NCBI GenBank assembly: GCA_963707215.1
Contig: CAVPPB010000003.1
Coordinates: 704,001-768,000 of the forward strand
DNA: 64,000 bases
Source: an uncultured Chloroflexia bacterium
GTDB lineage: Bacteria; Chloroflexota; Limnocylindria; Limnocylindrales; CSP1-4
Direction: 5' to 3'
The notes beneath the pieces are model-generated. The model was not told where the DNA came from and made no database searches. It saw nothing but the letters and a program-made list of their open reading frames with translations. Positions 60,538 to 64,000 of this stretch are shown in pieces (the stretch's first letter is position 1; each line of letters begins with the position of its first letter). The translations under genes were made by a program, and so were the position numbers.

Positions 60538-60812
60538 TCAGCTGCGCCGGACGACGCGCTCCCACTCCGGGAAGTAGCGCCCGATGTCCGGCAGGTCGAA
60601 GGCCCGCAGGATCGACTCCTTCGGCTCGCGCTGGAGCAGGAACTCGAACGAACGACGGACCAGGGCGGTCGGGTCGGCCGAGCCCGGCTCCAGCCGGGCC
60701 ACCTCGCCGGGGTCGACGCCGACGACGTGCTCGGTGGTGGTCGCTCCCTCGGTCACGGTCACCCGGCAGACCCAGCGGGTCCCCTCCGGTTCGCAGCGGA
60801 CGTCGATCCCGG

Positions 60813-60816
<4 letters not shown>
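60538..60816 (-). CDS. Small conserved-looking hypothetical protein
   Basis: MTGIDVRC...[35 protein letters not shown]; start overlaps the metH stop. Confidence 0.8.

Positions 60817-64000
<3,184 letters not shown>

Overview
High-GC bacterial chromosomal window, gene-dense and mostly housekeeping. The gene content (T-box-controlled trpE, class I LysRS, DegV, K+-independent H+-PPase) would fit a Chloroflexota-like organism, but that is inference only. It carries trpE (partial) with a Trp T-box, tRNA-Ser(TGA), serS-lysS-greA-argR-uppP-hppA, ndk, coaX-coaBC-panB-panC, gdhA, ggt, azlCD and metH (partial). Two accessory loci stand out. (1) 42.9-57.3 kb: a DosS-like heme-GAF hybrid kinase and a NarL-type regulator precede a ~2,940-aa MnxG-type (manganese-oxidase-like) multicopper oxidase. 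It has an N-terminal His-rich membrane domain, an inserted 10 x 51-bp repeat array and an Ig/cadherin-like tail, and is followed by a His-rich beta-propeller lipoprotein. (2) 33-42.8 kb: a cyanophycin locus (cphB-cphA) with a convergent CphA paralogue that lacks the ATP-grasp domain, next to an M20 peptidase operon. There is also an orphan protein with ADP-ribosyltransferase R-S-E motifs and a terminator-like leader upstream of greA. Three genes carry single-base indels that look like sequencing errors. No CRISPR array or mobile element is evident. All calls come from motif recognition by eye; no searches were run.
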